Shown piece after piece: positions 1 through 9,660 of a stretch of DNA of 62,519 nucleotides. Source of the DNA: Patescibacteria group bacterium (GTDB lineage: Bacteria > Patescibacteriota > Patescibacteriia > UBA10025 > JAHIVO01). The stretch is from contig JADFTK010000001.1 of NCBI GenBank assembly GCA_022560375.1, forward strand, positions 1-62,519, in the 5' to 3' direction. The notes beneath the pieces were generated by a model. It saw only the letters and a program-made list of their open reading frames with translations. It was not told where the DNA came from and did not search any database. Position 1 is the stretch's first letter. The number at the start of each line of letters is the position of its first letter. Both the position numbers and the translations under genes were made by a program.

Positions 1-2
1 AT

Positions 3-164
3 CAAAGTACCTCTAGAACTTCGATCCCGGCACAGCCTACCGTGGGGGATACTAAACAAAATGTAGCTGGGAATCTAGTGACTAAAGAGGGGAAAAAAGT
101 TGGCAGGAATGATCCCTGCCCATGCGGATCGGGTAAGAAATTTAAGAAATGCCACGGCAAATAG
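3..164 (+). CDS. secA: Preprotein translocase SecA, C-terminal fragment (SEC-C zinc motif); 5' part outside the window
   Basis: Open frame from nt 3 ends ...[23 protein letters not shown] (TAG 162-164), the SEC-C motif. Another SEC-C-bearing protein cannot be excluded. Confidence 0.8.
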   Translation, partial: QSTSRTSIPAQPTVGDTKQNVAGNLVTKEGKKVGRNDPCPCGSGKKFKKCHGK

Positions 165-180
165 GTAAATAATCATTCAC

Positions 181-209
181 TTGACAGTGATATGATATGA
201 ATATATACT
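181..209 (+). promoter_or_regulatory. sigma70-type promoter
   Basis: TTGACA (181-186), 17 bp, TATACT (204-209). Confidence 0.8.
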
Positions 210-367
210 AGAATGTGCCTTATAATTCATCTACAGTAATTACCAAAAATAAAAAAGGCACATTTACACGGTGATCTTCTTCACTCATCGGTGTTTTTGC
301 ATGCAGTGGAAACACCATGGCACTTAATTAGAAACACAGCCTAAAAACTGTGAAAGGAGTGATGAAA

Positions 368-869
368 ATGCTTAACTTTTTTCGGCCTAAAAAGATGGTC
401 TAAAACAGGCTATCTTTATTCGTTACTAGCGATTTGGACTCTCGTTCAGCTAGCTATGTCAGTAGCAGAGTTTATACACTTAGATTCATACGTCATACCG
501 TATAGAATGCCAATTGTATATTTCTTTCTGCTCATTCTGTACATAGTAAAGAAAGAGTCCGATAGGTGGCTGGATATTAAATGGAAGAAACGAAAAGGCG
601 AAATTTATCTCGTCTTGTGGTTTGTTGTTACCGGGGTAATGTTCATTATTGAATGGTTTACCTCTGGTTACTATTTAGTTCCGGGACGACTGATTGAAAC
701 TTTGATCTGGATCATAGTTGCCTATGCCGGAGCGATGGTCTCAATAATCGTACACCACTTGATTAATTCTGAAACCGTAATTTCACTGTTAAAGCTCTAC
801 CTTAAGGAAAGGCAGCGCAGTGAATTAATAACCGTTAAACCTGTACACCGGAAAGAAGGTGTGGAATGA
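368..869 (+). CDS. Orphan multi-pass membrane protein, probably frameshifted near its 5' end (ORF track start 456)
   Basis: SD AAAGGAG (353-359) precedes ATG 368, which stops at 403. The +1 frame is open 366-869 and encodes several hydrophobic segments. Confidence 0.55.
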
Positions 870-951
870 TATTAACGACCGAACCATTGGATTGTTCGGT
901 GAAGAGCAATTATTACAAGGCTATAATTGACTCCTCATGAAGAAGATCACT

Positions 952-996
952 TATAGGTGGGGAAGCGTGCCAGCTCCCCACCTATACTTATTTTTT
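952..996 (+). terminator. Intrinsic terminator
   Basis: TATAGGTGGGGA (952-963) / TCCCCACCTATA (975-986), 12-bp stem followed by a T-rich tract. Confidence 0.75.
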
Positions 997-1001
997 ACAG
1001 T

Positions 1002-1032
1002 AAACACCTAACTCTAAGTTGGGTGTTTTTTT
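1002..1032 (+). terminator. Second intrinsic terminator in tandem
   Basis: AAACACCTAACT / AGTTGGGTGTTT stem with one G-U pair, then a T run. Confidence 0.7.
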
Positions 1033-1062
1033 AATTCAGTAAAAGATGGTAAAATAAACTAG

Positions 1063-1341
1063 ATGACGAAAAAAATAAAAATATTTTACTTTACGTTTAT
1101 CCTGATAATTTTAGTGGCGGTAGTGTCCATAGTACTGTATAATGTGATGCAAGAGGATACTAATATTATTAGCGTAGATTCAAATTTTGTTAGTGACAGG
1201 GTCCCTATTATAGATCCTGGCCCGACAAATATCACCTGTAGCAATTCGAGTGATTGTACCGGGGTCTGTGTGGCAGATGAGTGTTTGGTATCCAGCTGTA
1301 ATAAAACAACTAATACTTGCATTTGCTTAGGCATCTGCTAG
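1063..1341 (+). CDS. Small membrane-anchored protein with an 8-Cys C-terminal domain
   Basis: N-terminal TM helix; C-terminus CSNSSDCTGVCVADECLVSSCNKTTNTCICLGIC. Confidence 0.7.
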   Translation: MTKKIKIFYFTFILIILVAVVSIVLYNVMQEDTNIISVDSNFVSDRVPIIDPGPTNITCSNSSDCTGVCVADECLVSSCNKTTNTCICLGIC

Positions 1342-1351
1342 CAAAAGAAAC

Positions 1352-1933
1352 ATGGCGAAAAAGTTTACATTTGCAATTATCGTCGGATCAGTCAGGCACA
1401 ATCGGCAGGGAATTAAAGTAGCTCGTTGGCTAGAAACTGTTGCCAAGACCAGGGGGCATGACATTGAGTTTGTCGATCCCCGAGAGACGCCTTTAGCTTT
1501 TTTGGATAAGATGCATAAAGAGTATAAAAGTGATGTCCCGAAAAATATGGAAAGAATTCATGAACAGCTTGAAAAAGCAGATGGATTTATTTTAGTAACG
1601 CCTGAATATAATCACAGCATTTCTGGAGTTATGAAAAATTTACTTGATCATTTTCAGAAAGAATATTTTTTCAAACCAGCCGGCATCGTTGGTTATTCAG
1701 TTGGAGACTTTGGCGGGGTAAGGGCTGTTGAACAGATAAGGCTCATTGCCGTAGAATTGGGCATGACCCCCACTCCAATAGCCTTACCCATCAGTAAGGT
1801 GGAGGAAGTATTTTCTGAATCGGGGGATCTCACGAACCAATCATACGCCAAAAGGGTGGACAGATTTTTTGATGGACTAGAGTGGTATACTGAAGCCTTG
1901 TTGACGCAAAGACTAAAAGGAACACCATATTAA
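1352..1933 (+). CDS. NADPH-dependent FMN reductase (flavodoxin-like fold)
   Basis: GSVR and TPEYNHSISGVMKN motifs, GGVRA. Confidence 0.9.
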   Translation: MAKKFTFAIIVGSVRHNRQGIKVARWLETVAKTRGHDIEFVDPRETPLAFLDKMHKEYKSDVPKNMERIHEQLEKADGFILVTPEYNHSISGVMKNLLDHFQKEYFFKPAGIVGYSVGDFGGVRAVEQIRLIAVELGMTPTPIALPISKVEEVFSESGDLTNQSYAKRVDRFFDGLEWYTEALLTQRLKGTPY

Positions 1934-1961
1934 AAAACTGTAATTAATATTTTTATATTTT

Positions 1962-2381
1962 ATGGCACAAGATCAGGAAGTTCCCGTATACACTAAACAG
2001 CCGATCGAACCAATTGGAGAACCGCAAAAAATAATTTCAGTTCGGGAATTATTGGAGCACTGGTTAATCATGATTGTTTTGTGGGGGCTGTTATATTTCC
2101 AAGCAATTTTCTTAGCGGAAATATTAGATCGATGGTCCGATCCTTTTTATGTATCATCTTTTTTTACAGATGGAGGGCGCTTAGCTGAAATGATAGCTTT
2201 CGCCTTAACTGTAGTAATGTCTTTATATATTGTTGGCGTGACACTTTTTGTCCTATGGCAATTAATTTTCAAGAGTTTTAAAAATATTGATTACCAGCAA
2301 TTGATCAGGCTAAATACTTTGGCCTTAACTTCATTTGTTGTTTACTGGGTTATTTTTATTAGCTTTTTTGTTAGGATTTAG
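1962..2381 (+). CDS. Hypothetical membrane protein
   Basis: 139 aa, about three hydrophobic segments, co-directional with neighbours. Confidence 0.65.
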   Translation: MAQDQEVPVYTKQPIEPIGEPQKIISVRELLEHWLIMIVLWGLLYFQAIFLAEILDRWSDPFYVSSFFTDGGRLAEMIAFALTVVMSLYIVGVTLFVLWQLIFKSFKNIDYQQLIRLNTLALTSFVVYWVIFISFFVRI

Positions 2382-2441
2382 GAATAGTATCAAATTTTTT
2401 CAAAAAATATTGATGATTGAATTCTATTACTCAGTGTTAAG

Positions 2442-4133
2442 ATGACCCCATTATTTTCGGAATTTACTATAGTGATAGTCTTGGCAGCAGTACTAGGGAT
2501 TGTTGCTAGGATGTTACGTCAGCCGACTATAGTTGCTTATTTAGCAGCTGGAGTTATTGTTGGTTCTTTTAATATACTGCAATCTGGCAGTTTGGAGATT
2601 TTCGATGTAATGGCTACTTTGGGAATAACTCTATTGCTATTTATAGTAGGTCTTCAAATTAAACTTGATAATCTAAAAATCGTAGGTAAAGCTGCATTAA
2701 TTGCGGGCACAGGACAAATCGCTTTTACAGCCATAATTGGCTTTGCTATGGTTCGATGGCTCGGCTTTGCAACTTTACCATCTGTTTATATCGCTTTTGC
2801 CCTGACTTTTTCCAGTACCATTATAGTTATTAAGCTATTAACTCAGAAAAGGGATCTACAAAGTTTATACGGGAGAATAGTCATAGGATTTTTGATTGTT
2901 CAGGATGTGGTGGCCATATTTGTTATTATGTTTTTGGGTGGATTTGAGCCGGGAACAGACTCATTGCAACTTCAGTCTCTTTTTCCAACTATCACGAAAA
3001 GTTTAATTTTATTTGGCGGGACCATCTGGCTATCTCATAAAGTTTTTCCTTGGATTTTTGCCAAGTTGGCCCGTACCCCAGAGCTAGTTTTCATAACGAG
3101 TATTGCCTGGGCCTTTGGGGTCAGCCTTTTTGTTTCCAGTGAGTTCATTGGCTTGTCAGTTGAAATTGGTGGATTTCTAGCAGGGATATCTTTAGCCAAG
3201 TCTATCGAGCAATATCAAATTGAATCTCAATTAAGGCCGCTTAGGGACTTTTTTATCGTGATATTTTTCGTGGTCCTGGGTTCATCCTTAGTTCTTAGTA
3301 ATATAGGAGACATAATAACGCCGGCGATTATATTATCTTTATTTGTCCTAGTCGGGAATCCTCTTATAGTTTTGATTTTAATGGGATTTTTGGGTTTCAG
3401 AAAAAAAACAAATTTTTATGCTAGCATTACAGTGGCACAAATTTCTGAATTTGGTCTTATTTTGATGGCTATGGGCCTAGCTCAAGGACACGTAAGTAAA
3501 TCAGAAGTGTCATTAGTTACCCTGATAGGCGTTATTACCATTACTGTCTCAACGTATATGATCCTAAACAGCCACAAAATATTCATGAAAATAAAAAATA
3601 TTTTAAATATTTTTGAAAAGAAGAACCCGCAAGAGGAAATACCGCTGCCACCGAACACCAAGGGTCCCATAATACTAGCTGGCGCAAATAGATTAGGTGC
3701 ACATTTGCTGAGATCTATAGAGAAACAAAAATTAGTCGTAGTCGAGTATGACCCAGAGATTGTAAAAAAATTAAGGAAGAAGAAATATAAAGTACTATAT
3801 GGGGACATTACCGAAATTGATATCCAAGAGCAAGTCCATTTAGAACAAGCCCATATATTTATATCAACTATTCCTGATATTGATGACAATTTAATGCTAC
3901 TAGATCGTTTCCGGGCAATGAAGATGTCTCAGAAGCATATGCCTGTTGTCATTGTGACTGCCTATACGAATTTTGAAGCTAGGCAATTGTACAGTGCTGG
4001 TGCTGATTACGTGATCATGCCCCATTTTCTTGGTGGTATGCATTTAGCCTCCCTCTTGAAGGAAGGGGTTGTTGACCAGATAATGATGAATAATTGGAAG
4101 AAGCATGATAGAAAATTGCTGCGCGAAAATTAA
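2442..4133 (+). CDS. CPA2/Kef-type cation:proton antiporter with C-terminal TrkA_N (RCK) domain
   Basis: Polytopic N-terminus with FSSTIIVIK, QD, GGFLAG, RDFF and QISEF motifs; C-terminal YGD...GADYVI. Confidence 0.9.
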   Translation: MTPLFSEFTIVIVLAAVLGIVARMLRQPTIVAYLAAGVIVGSFNILQSGSLEIFDVMATLGITLLLFIVGLQIKLDNLKIVGKAALIAGTGQIAFTAIIGFAMVRWLGFATLPSVYIAFALTFSSTIIVIKLLTQKRDLQSLYGRIVIGFLIVQDVVAIFVIMFLGGFEPGTDSLQLQSLFPTITKSLILFGGTIWLSHKVFPWIFAKLARTPELVFITSIAWAFGVSLFVSSEFIGLSVEIGGFLAGISLAKSIEQYQIESQLRPLRDFFIVIFFVVLGSSLVLSNIGDIITPAIILSLFVLVGNPLIVLILMGFLGFRKKTNFYASITVAQISEFGLILMAMGLAQGHVSKSEVSLVTLIGVITITVSTYMILNSHKIFMKIKNILNIFEKKNPQEEIPLPPNTKGPIILAGANRLGAHLLRSIEKQKLVVVEYDPEIVKKLRKKKYKVLYGDITEIDIQEQVHLEQAHIFISTIPDIDDNLMLLDRFRAMKMSQKHMPVVIVTAYTNFEARQLYSAGADYVIMPHFLGGMHLASLLKEGVVDQIMMNNWKKHDRKLLREN

Positions 4134-4193
4134 GATGATTTCGATTACAGTAATCGTTTGACCGGTTTTATATGGAGAGTGTAATATTCGTCT

Positions 4194-4556
4194 ATGTCAA
4201 ATCAAACTAATTTAATCTTTGTTTATAATAGCAATAGTAGCCCTATGGCGCAGGCTATTGATTTTTTTCAACTTATAAAGTCACCACAGACTTATAAATG
4301 TAATCTGTATAAAATAACTCATGATAGTTTTTTTATGAAAAAGGAGTGGGAGGGATTGGTACAAAAATTATCAATCAATGTTAAATATTTTTACCAGGAT
4401 GAGTTCAGAAAAAAATATCCAGATATAAAATCAGACACCCCAACAATATTAAGTAATAAGGAAGACAGAATTAAAACTTTTATTTCGACTGACGAAATTA
4501 ATGGCATGTTATCGTGTAATGACCTGATTAGTACTATTACGAATAGAATAACTTAG
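4194..4556 (+). CDS. Conserved hypothetical protein
   Basis: LIFVYN...SPQTYKCNL..ITH pattern of a small uncharacterised family. Confidence 0.65.
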   Translation: MSNQTNLIFVYNSNSSPMAQAIDFFQLIKSPQTYKCNLYKITHDSFFMKKEWEGLVQKLSINVKYFYQDEFRKKYPDIKSDTPTILSNKEDRIKTFISTDEINGMLSCNDLISTITNRIT

Positions 4557-4558
4557 TC

Positions 4559-4587
4559 TTTACAAAATCCTGAGAATCTGCTATACT
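4559..4587 (+). promoter_or_regulatory. sigma70 promoter with extended -10
   Basis: TTTACA, 17 bp, TATACT with TG upstream of -10. Confidence 0.6.
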
Positions 4588-4627
4588 ACATTCAGGAAGG
4601 TTAAAAAAAACAAAAAATAAAAATTAT

Positions 4628-6034
4628 ATGGATCGGCAAAGGGTGATAGTTACTTTCATTAGTATAATGTTCATCACTGCCATCGGAGCATTATTCTTAG
4701 TGCCGCGTACTACCAATGCGGCTTTTTCGCGTAACCCAGAAGTTAGGATATTTTCCGGTAACACTCAAATTGATTCGTTTGAGGCGTTTGATAAAAATTT
4801 TCAGGGTGGAGTACAGATATATACTGCAGATGTCGGTAGTGATGGAGTCCCTGAGATTATTGTGGCACCAGGGCCTGGTGCTGACCCGATAATTAAAATA
4901 CTAAGGGCAGATGGCAGTGAGATAAATAGTTTCCTAGCTTACGAGACTAATATGCGTGTGGGGATAAATATCGCGGTAGGTGACCTAAATAATGATGGTA
5001 TTGCTGAAATTATTACTGCCCCCCGGATTGGTGGAGCACCACACATCAGGATATTTAATGTCGCTGGCGAGATACAGTTCACGCCTGGCTTCTTTGCTTA
5101 TGACGAAAAATTTAGAGGAGGTGTCAGTATTGCTATTGGTGATTTAGATGGTGATGGGAAAAACGAAATAGTAACCGGTGCTGGGGCGGGAGGCGGACCG
5201 CATGTACGTGTATTCGATAATTATGGAAAGGAACTGGTAAATTTTTTCCCTTTCCATAAAGATTTCCGAGGTGGCATTAATGTAGCTACGGCCAATGTGG
5301 ATGGGGGGGATGATGATGAGCTAGTGGTCAGCGTTCAAACTTCTGGTTCTCCTTGGGTTAAAGTTATAAAAAAGAATGGTCAGGAAACTCTATTAGGACA
5401 TTTTTTGGCCTATGATGAAAGTTTCAAAGGTGGCGTCCAAATATCCTCCGGTGACATAGATGGAGACGGATTTGATGAAATAATCACCGCAGCTGGGGCG
5501 GGAGGCGGACCGCAGATAAGGGCTTTCGAGGGACATGGCCAAGCACTGTCTAACAATTTCTTTGCGTATGAGCAGGATTTTCGGGGAGGCGTCAATATAG
5601 CATCGGCGGACCTAGATGGGGACGGAGTTGATGAAATTATTAGTGCTCCAGCAGCTTGGTTAGCCGAAGGCAGGGTAGACCTGCCAAAGTACGTTTTAGT
5701 TGATTTATCAGAGCAAAGAATCTATGTGTATGATTATGGCCGGATGGTTAAAACTTTTCTAATATCATCGGGTTTATCAGGCACGCCGACTAACGTGGGG
5801 ACCTTTGCAGTTCAGCAGAAATTATACTCACATTTATACCAAGGTGAAGATTATTATTTTCCTAATACTTTGTGGAATCTCCGTTATGATGGTGCTTATT
5901 TGTTGCATGGTGCTTATTGGCACAATGATTTTGGTAGGCCAAAAAGCCATGGTTGTATAAACATCCATTATACAAATGCTGAGTGGCTTTATAACTGGGC
6001 GGAAGTGGGAACTACAGTAATCATCGAGCAATAA
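4628..6034 (+). CDS. FG-GAP repeat beta-propeller protein with C-terminal L,D-transpeptidase (YkuD) domain
   Basis: About six 52-aa repeats (GGV.IA.GDLDGDG..EIVT.AG.GGGP.VR); C-terminal HGAYWHNDFGRPKSHGC catalytic motif; N-terminal signal/anchor. Confidence 0.9.
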   Translation: MDRQRVIVTFISIMFITAIGALFLVPRTTNAAFSRNPEVRIFSGNTQIDSFEAFDKNFQGGVQIYTADVGSDGVPEIIVAPGPGADPIIKILRADGSEINSFLAYETNMRVGINIAVGDLNNDGIAEIITAPRIGGAPHIRIFNVAGEIQFTPGFFAYDEKFRGGVSIAIGDLDGDGKNEIVTGAGAGGGPHVRVFDNYGKELVNFFPFHKDFRGGINVATANVDGGDDDELVVSVQTSGSPWVKVIKKNGQETLLGHFLAYDESFKGGVQISSGDIDGDGFDEIITAAGAGGGPQIRAFEGHGQALSNNFFAYEQDFRGGVNIASADLDGDGVDEIISAPAAWLAEGRVDLPKYVLVDLSEQRIYVYDYGRMVKTFLISSGLSGTPTNVGTFAVQQKLYSHLYQGEDYYFPNTLWNLRYDGAYLLHGAYWHNDFGRPKSHGCINIHYTNAEWLYNWAEVGTTVIIEQ

Positions 6035-6053
6035 AGAGTAATTTAAACTGTAG

Positions 6054-6081
6054 AAAGAGGCGCCATGGTGCCTCTTTTTTT
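6054..6081. terminator. Bidirectional terminator between convergent genes
   Basis: AAAGAGGGCGCC-AT-GGTGCCCTCTTT followed by a T run. Confidence 0.75.
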
Positions 6082-6083
6082 AT

Positions 6084-9000
6084 TTAGGTTTTAGAGCTGG
6101 AGAATTTATTTTTGATATAAGTCCGGAGAGAAATACTGATTGAATAAAGTATGGGGATGGCAACGAGGGTGCCTATCGTTGAAAATATTAAACCGGCTAT
6201 GATACTAGTCCCCAGACCAGTCCAGAAAGGGTCAAGTAGAGTAAGCGGTAGTATGCCACCAATGGTCGTTATCGAGGTGGAAAAAATTGGTTTGAAGCGC
6301 GAGTGACCAGTGCGGACAAGTGTTTCAGAAATAATCTCGTCAGGATATTCAATCCGGTATCGATTGAATGTTGAAATTAGTACTATGGCGTCGTTTACTA
6401 CCACGCCTACCAAAGCAATAACCCCTAAACCTGAAATCATGTTGAGGGTACTACCTACGAATAATAATCCGGGAAACACGCCAATCAGTGCTAAGGGTAT
6501 AGCGAACATGATTAATAATGGCTGCATATATGAATAGAATTGCCATACCAGAATTAGGTAGACTCCTAACATAGCCAGGACGAAAACAATTTGCAGTTTA
6601 CTAAAGTCAGTTTCAAACACTGAGAATTCGCCTCCGAAAGTGACTGCATCCTTAGACAGGCCTAGCTCGACTAATTTTTCTTCTGATAAATAGTCTCTTA
6701 CTTTTTGATCAAGGGCAATCGGGTCAGCGTCCTCTTCTAGTTCGATACTGAGGCTAGCGACCCTTCGGTTATCCAGCCTTTTTATGCTAATGGGGCTTCT
6801 TACACTTTCTATCTCTGCTATGTCGGATAATTTTATTTGGCGTCCGGTAGCTGAGGTGACAGTTAGGTTATTTAGATCGTCGATCGAATTGGTTGATTCT
6901 AAAGAAAAGCTTAAAATTAAGTCATCAGATAACCCGTCTTCGCCGGAGGTTAGAGAGCCAATTTTTTGTGGGGCGAATATGGCATTTACCGTCCCAGCAG
7001 CAGCCAGCGAATTTACATTTCTCTTAGCTAATTTTTCCTGATTTAGGTTTACTTCAATAGAATTAACTAAAGACTCTTCGGAGCTATTGACGATATTTTT
7101 GATATCCCCATCGCTAGCTAAGAATTTTTCTAGATCCGCAGTAGCCTCCATCAATGATCCACGATCATTATCCAAGAAGTTTACGACCAAAGCAAACTGG
7201 TCTGTAGGAGGGCCAGCAGAAGCGGCTTGAGCGGAAATTTCAATATCATCTGAAATCTCACTTCTAATTTTGTTAAGGCCTACCTTATATTCGTCTGCTA
7301 TGTCGTAAATTGTTTTTTTATCTTCTCTTAGCTTTGGTTGAGTGAACGAAGAAAAGATCGTATCTCCGAAAGTGTAAAAGTTCTGAAAATGGGGGAGTTT
7401 AATAGCCTCGTCCTGGACCTTGACAAACACATCTTTTTTTTCATCGTATGTTGTTCCGGCGGGGAAAGTAATATTTATTGTCATGGTATCTCCGTCATTA
7501 GATGGGAACTGTTCAAATTCTAATCGTGGAGCGAAATATCCAAAACTGATACCAAATAAAATTGTAACGATCAGAAGTATAATCACCTTGTACTGAGTCC
7601 TTTGATAAACTCTCTGCATGAAGGATCGGTAGGCATTAGCCAGTCGGTCTATTAAATTTTGACCGAAATGTACTATGGCTGGCAAGACTAATAGTTTTTG
7701 CCATCTCTTTAGTTTTGTATCTCTCCTTTCTTGGTAGGTTTGTTCTTTCAGAATCCATCTACCCATGAGCGGCGTAATAGAAATAGCCACTAAATATGAT
7801 GCGGCAATGAGGATCATCACCGTATAAGGTATGAATTTCAAAAAATCTCCAATAATCCCTCCTATATTTGCGAAAGGAATAAATACCACGATCGTGGTAA
7901 GGGTGGCTGCCGTCACTGCCGGCCCAAACTTTTTGATAGAGAGCAGGGCCGCGGTTTTTTTGTTGGCGCCCCTCTCTAGTTCATGGACCATCCCTTCGGC
8001 TATGACAATGGCGTTATCAACTAAAATCCCTAGCGTTAAAATCATAGCAAACAGGGTCAGAGTATTTATTGTGAAATTTAGTAGAGCCATGGCAAACAGT
8101 CCAATAAGCAATACTATGGGAATTACTAAGGCTACCACGATGGCAGTTCTCAAATTTATGAAAAAAAGTAAAACGACCAGAATTAGTATTAGGCCTAAGT
8201 AGCCATTATTCAGCAGGCTATTTATTTGATCGTCAATAAATGGGGCGAGATCAAATCCGGTCACGATGTCAATATCATTTGGTATAATTCCAGAATTTTT
8301 GATATTTTCAATTTCTGCGTGAATATCGTCCGACATATTTATTATGTCACCATCGTCATTTTTGAAGATGAGAAGGTAAACCGATTCCTTAGAAAAAGGG
8401 GTACCGTCTTTTACATACCCGACATATTGAACAGAGTCAATATTTTTTGGAACTCTTTCAATCTCAGCGATATCTGAGAGTTTAACTCTGCCGATTATCA
8501 AATCATTTAAGTCTTCAAGGTTTTGGACTGGTGAGTTTACGGTGATTGATTCTTTTCTGCCATCTGAAGTTTCCACCGTTCCTCCTGGTAAAGATAGTAC
8601 CTGTGATTGAATAGTGCTTTTGATAGAATCATATGATAGATTCTTTGCCGCTAGTTGGGAATTGTCTAAGGTAATCTTAATCTCAAATTCATTGCTGGGA
8701 GATATCTCTATGCGTTTTAAATCGGGCGAGGATAGCTCTAAGCGGGTTTTAATTTCTCCCGCATATTGAATCAATTCGGAAGTACTTTGGCCATTATTTC
8801 CTATTATTCCCAGCGCAATTGAGGGGCCGGTTGCATCTACTGTTTTTATTTCTACATCAGCATCGTTAGGCAGTCCTATTTTATTTAGCTCATTATTTAA
8901 TTTTGTGGCGACTTTATCCGTGTCATTTACATCTTTTACAAAAACCTCAACCAAGCCAAAACCGTTTTGTGATCTTGATTTTACATAGTCAACCTCATCG

Positions 9001-9242
9001 AGTGTATTGGCTGATTGCTCAATGGGAATTATGACTTCTCTCTCTACGTCAGCGGGAGATGCCCCGGGGAAAGTAGCAGTAACCACTACAAAATTGAGTG
9101 GGATAGTTGGGAAGTCCTGTCGTTGATTATTGGTTATTCCCCATATCCCCGCGAATAGTATAGCGATTAGCACTAAGATACTTATCCGATATCTCGTTAT
9201 GAAGAATTTAGACCACCGCATTATAAATGATTCACCGTTCAT
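6084..9242 (-). CDS. RND (AcrB/AcrD/AcrF family) transporter permease
   Basis: 1052 aa, two large extracytoplasmic loops; GILVDNAIV, GVVVNDAIV and SRFKPIFSTS motifs. Confidence 0.92.
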   Translation of the reverse strand: MNGESFIMRWSKFFITRYRISILVLIAILFAGIWGITNNQRQDFPTIPLNFVVVTATFPGASPADVEREVIIPIEQSANTLDEVDYVKSRSQNGFGLVEVFVKDVNDTDKVATKLNNELNKIGLPNDADVEIKTVDATGPSIALGIIGNNGQSTSELIQYAGEIKTRLELSSPDLKRIEISPSNEFEIKITLDNSQLAAKNLSYDSIKSTIQSQVLSLPGGTVETSDGRKESITVNSPVQNLEDLNDLIIGRVKLSDIAEIERVPKNIDSVQYVGYVKDGTPFSKESVYLLIFKNDDGDIINMSDDIHAEIENIKNSGIIPNDIDIVTGFDLAPFIDDQINSLLNNGYLGLILILVVLLFFINLRTAIVVALVIPIVLLIGLFAMALLNFTINTLTLFAMILTLGILVDNAIVIAEGMVHELERGANKKTAALLSIKKFGPAVTAATLTTIVVFIPFANIGGIIGDFLKFIPYTVMILIAASYLVAISITPLMGRWILKEQTYQERRDTKLKRWQKLLVLPAIVHFGQNLIDRLANAYRSFMQRVYQRTQYKVIILLIVTILFGISFGYFAPRLEFEQFPSNDGDTMTINITFPAGTTYDEKKDVFVKVQDEAIKLPHFQNFYTFGDTIFSSFTQPKLREDKKTIYDIADEYKVGLNKIRSEISDDIEISAQAASAGPPTDQFALVVNFLDNDRGSLMEATADLEKFLASDGDIKNIVNSSEESLVNSIEVNLNQEKLAKRNVNSLAAAGTVNAIFAPQKIGSLTSGEDGLSDDLILSFSLESTNSIDDLNNLTVTSATGRQIKLSDIAEIESVRSPISIKRLDNRRVASLSIELEEDADPIALDQKVRDYLSEEKLVELGLSKDAVTFGGEFSVFETDFSKLQIVFVLAMLGVYLILVWQFYSYMQPLLIMFAIPLALIGVFPGLLFVGSTLNMISGLGVIALVGVVVNDAIVLISTFNRYRIEYPDEIISETLVRTGHSRFKPIFSTSITTIGGILPLTLLDPFWTGLGTSIIAGLIFSTIGTLVAIPILYSISISLRTYIKNKFSSSKT

Positions 9243-9272
9243 TAATTTTGTCAGTAATTTTTTATTAGAATT

Positions 9273-9300
9273 ATTATAACACCTACCAAGGAAAGATCAA
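9273..9300 (-). promoter_or_regulatory. sigma70 promoter for the RND gene
   Basis: Minus strand TTGATC, 16 bp, TATAAT with TG extension. Confidence 0.55.
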
Positions 9301-9360
9301 TGCTAGCATGCTCAATATAGATTTTTTAATATTCCATACATCGTGTATAATGTATATCAT

Positions 9361-9651
9361 ATGCGGGTAAAAAAAATGATATATATCAGCCTTTCTTCCC
9401 TGCTGGGAATCATGATCAGCTACATTTTCCATGCTGCTATAGAGATTTCATATATAAATAGCACTGATGTAACTAAGTGGTATAAGCATTTAGGAGTAGG
9501 CAGCTGCGCTTTGCCCCCATATATCCAATATGGTTTACTAGCCATCGGAGCAGTTGGGGGAGTGATGGTAGGATTTCATTGGTGGAGAATTGTATACATT
9601 GAAAAAAGGCACTGGTGGTTCAAGAAACGTTTAAATGGGAATAATAATTAA
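9361..9651 (+). CDS. Hypothetical two-TM membrane protein
   Basis: ORF track 9343 (GTG); ATG 9361 is the more likely start; ends WWRIVYIEKRHW. Confidence 0.65.
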   Translation: MRVKKMIYISLSSLLGIMISYIFHAAIEISYINSTDVTKWYKHLGVGSCALPPYIQYGLLAIGAVGGVMVGFHWWRIVYIEKRHWWFKKRLNGNNN

Positions 9652-9660
9652 AATATAATT

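Noticed and set aside
212..352. tRNA or known riboswitch in the structured leader
   Set aside because: No cloverleaf or T-loop GTTC signature and no aptamer consensus I recognise; kept only as an unknown structured leader.
866..940. 24-aa ORF MILTTEPLDCSVKSNYYKAIIDSS overlapping the upstream stop, with a possible SD
   Set aside because: Too short, no motif, overlaps a hairpin, and an alternative frame is equally open; cannot be supported.
4568..4597. TCCTGA-N18-TCAGGA inverted repeat around the -10 of the FG-GAP gene promoter (possible operator)
   Set aside because: Only 6-bp arms, single occurrence and no regulator nearby; compatible with chance.
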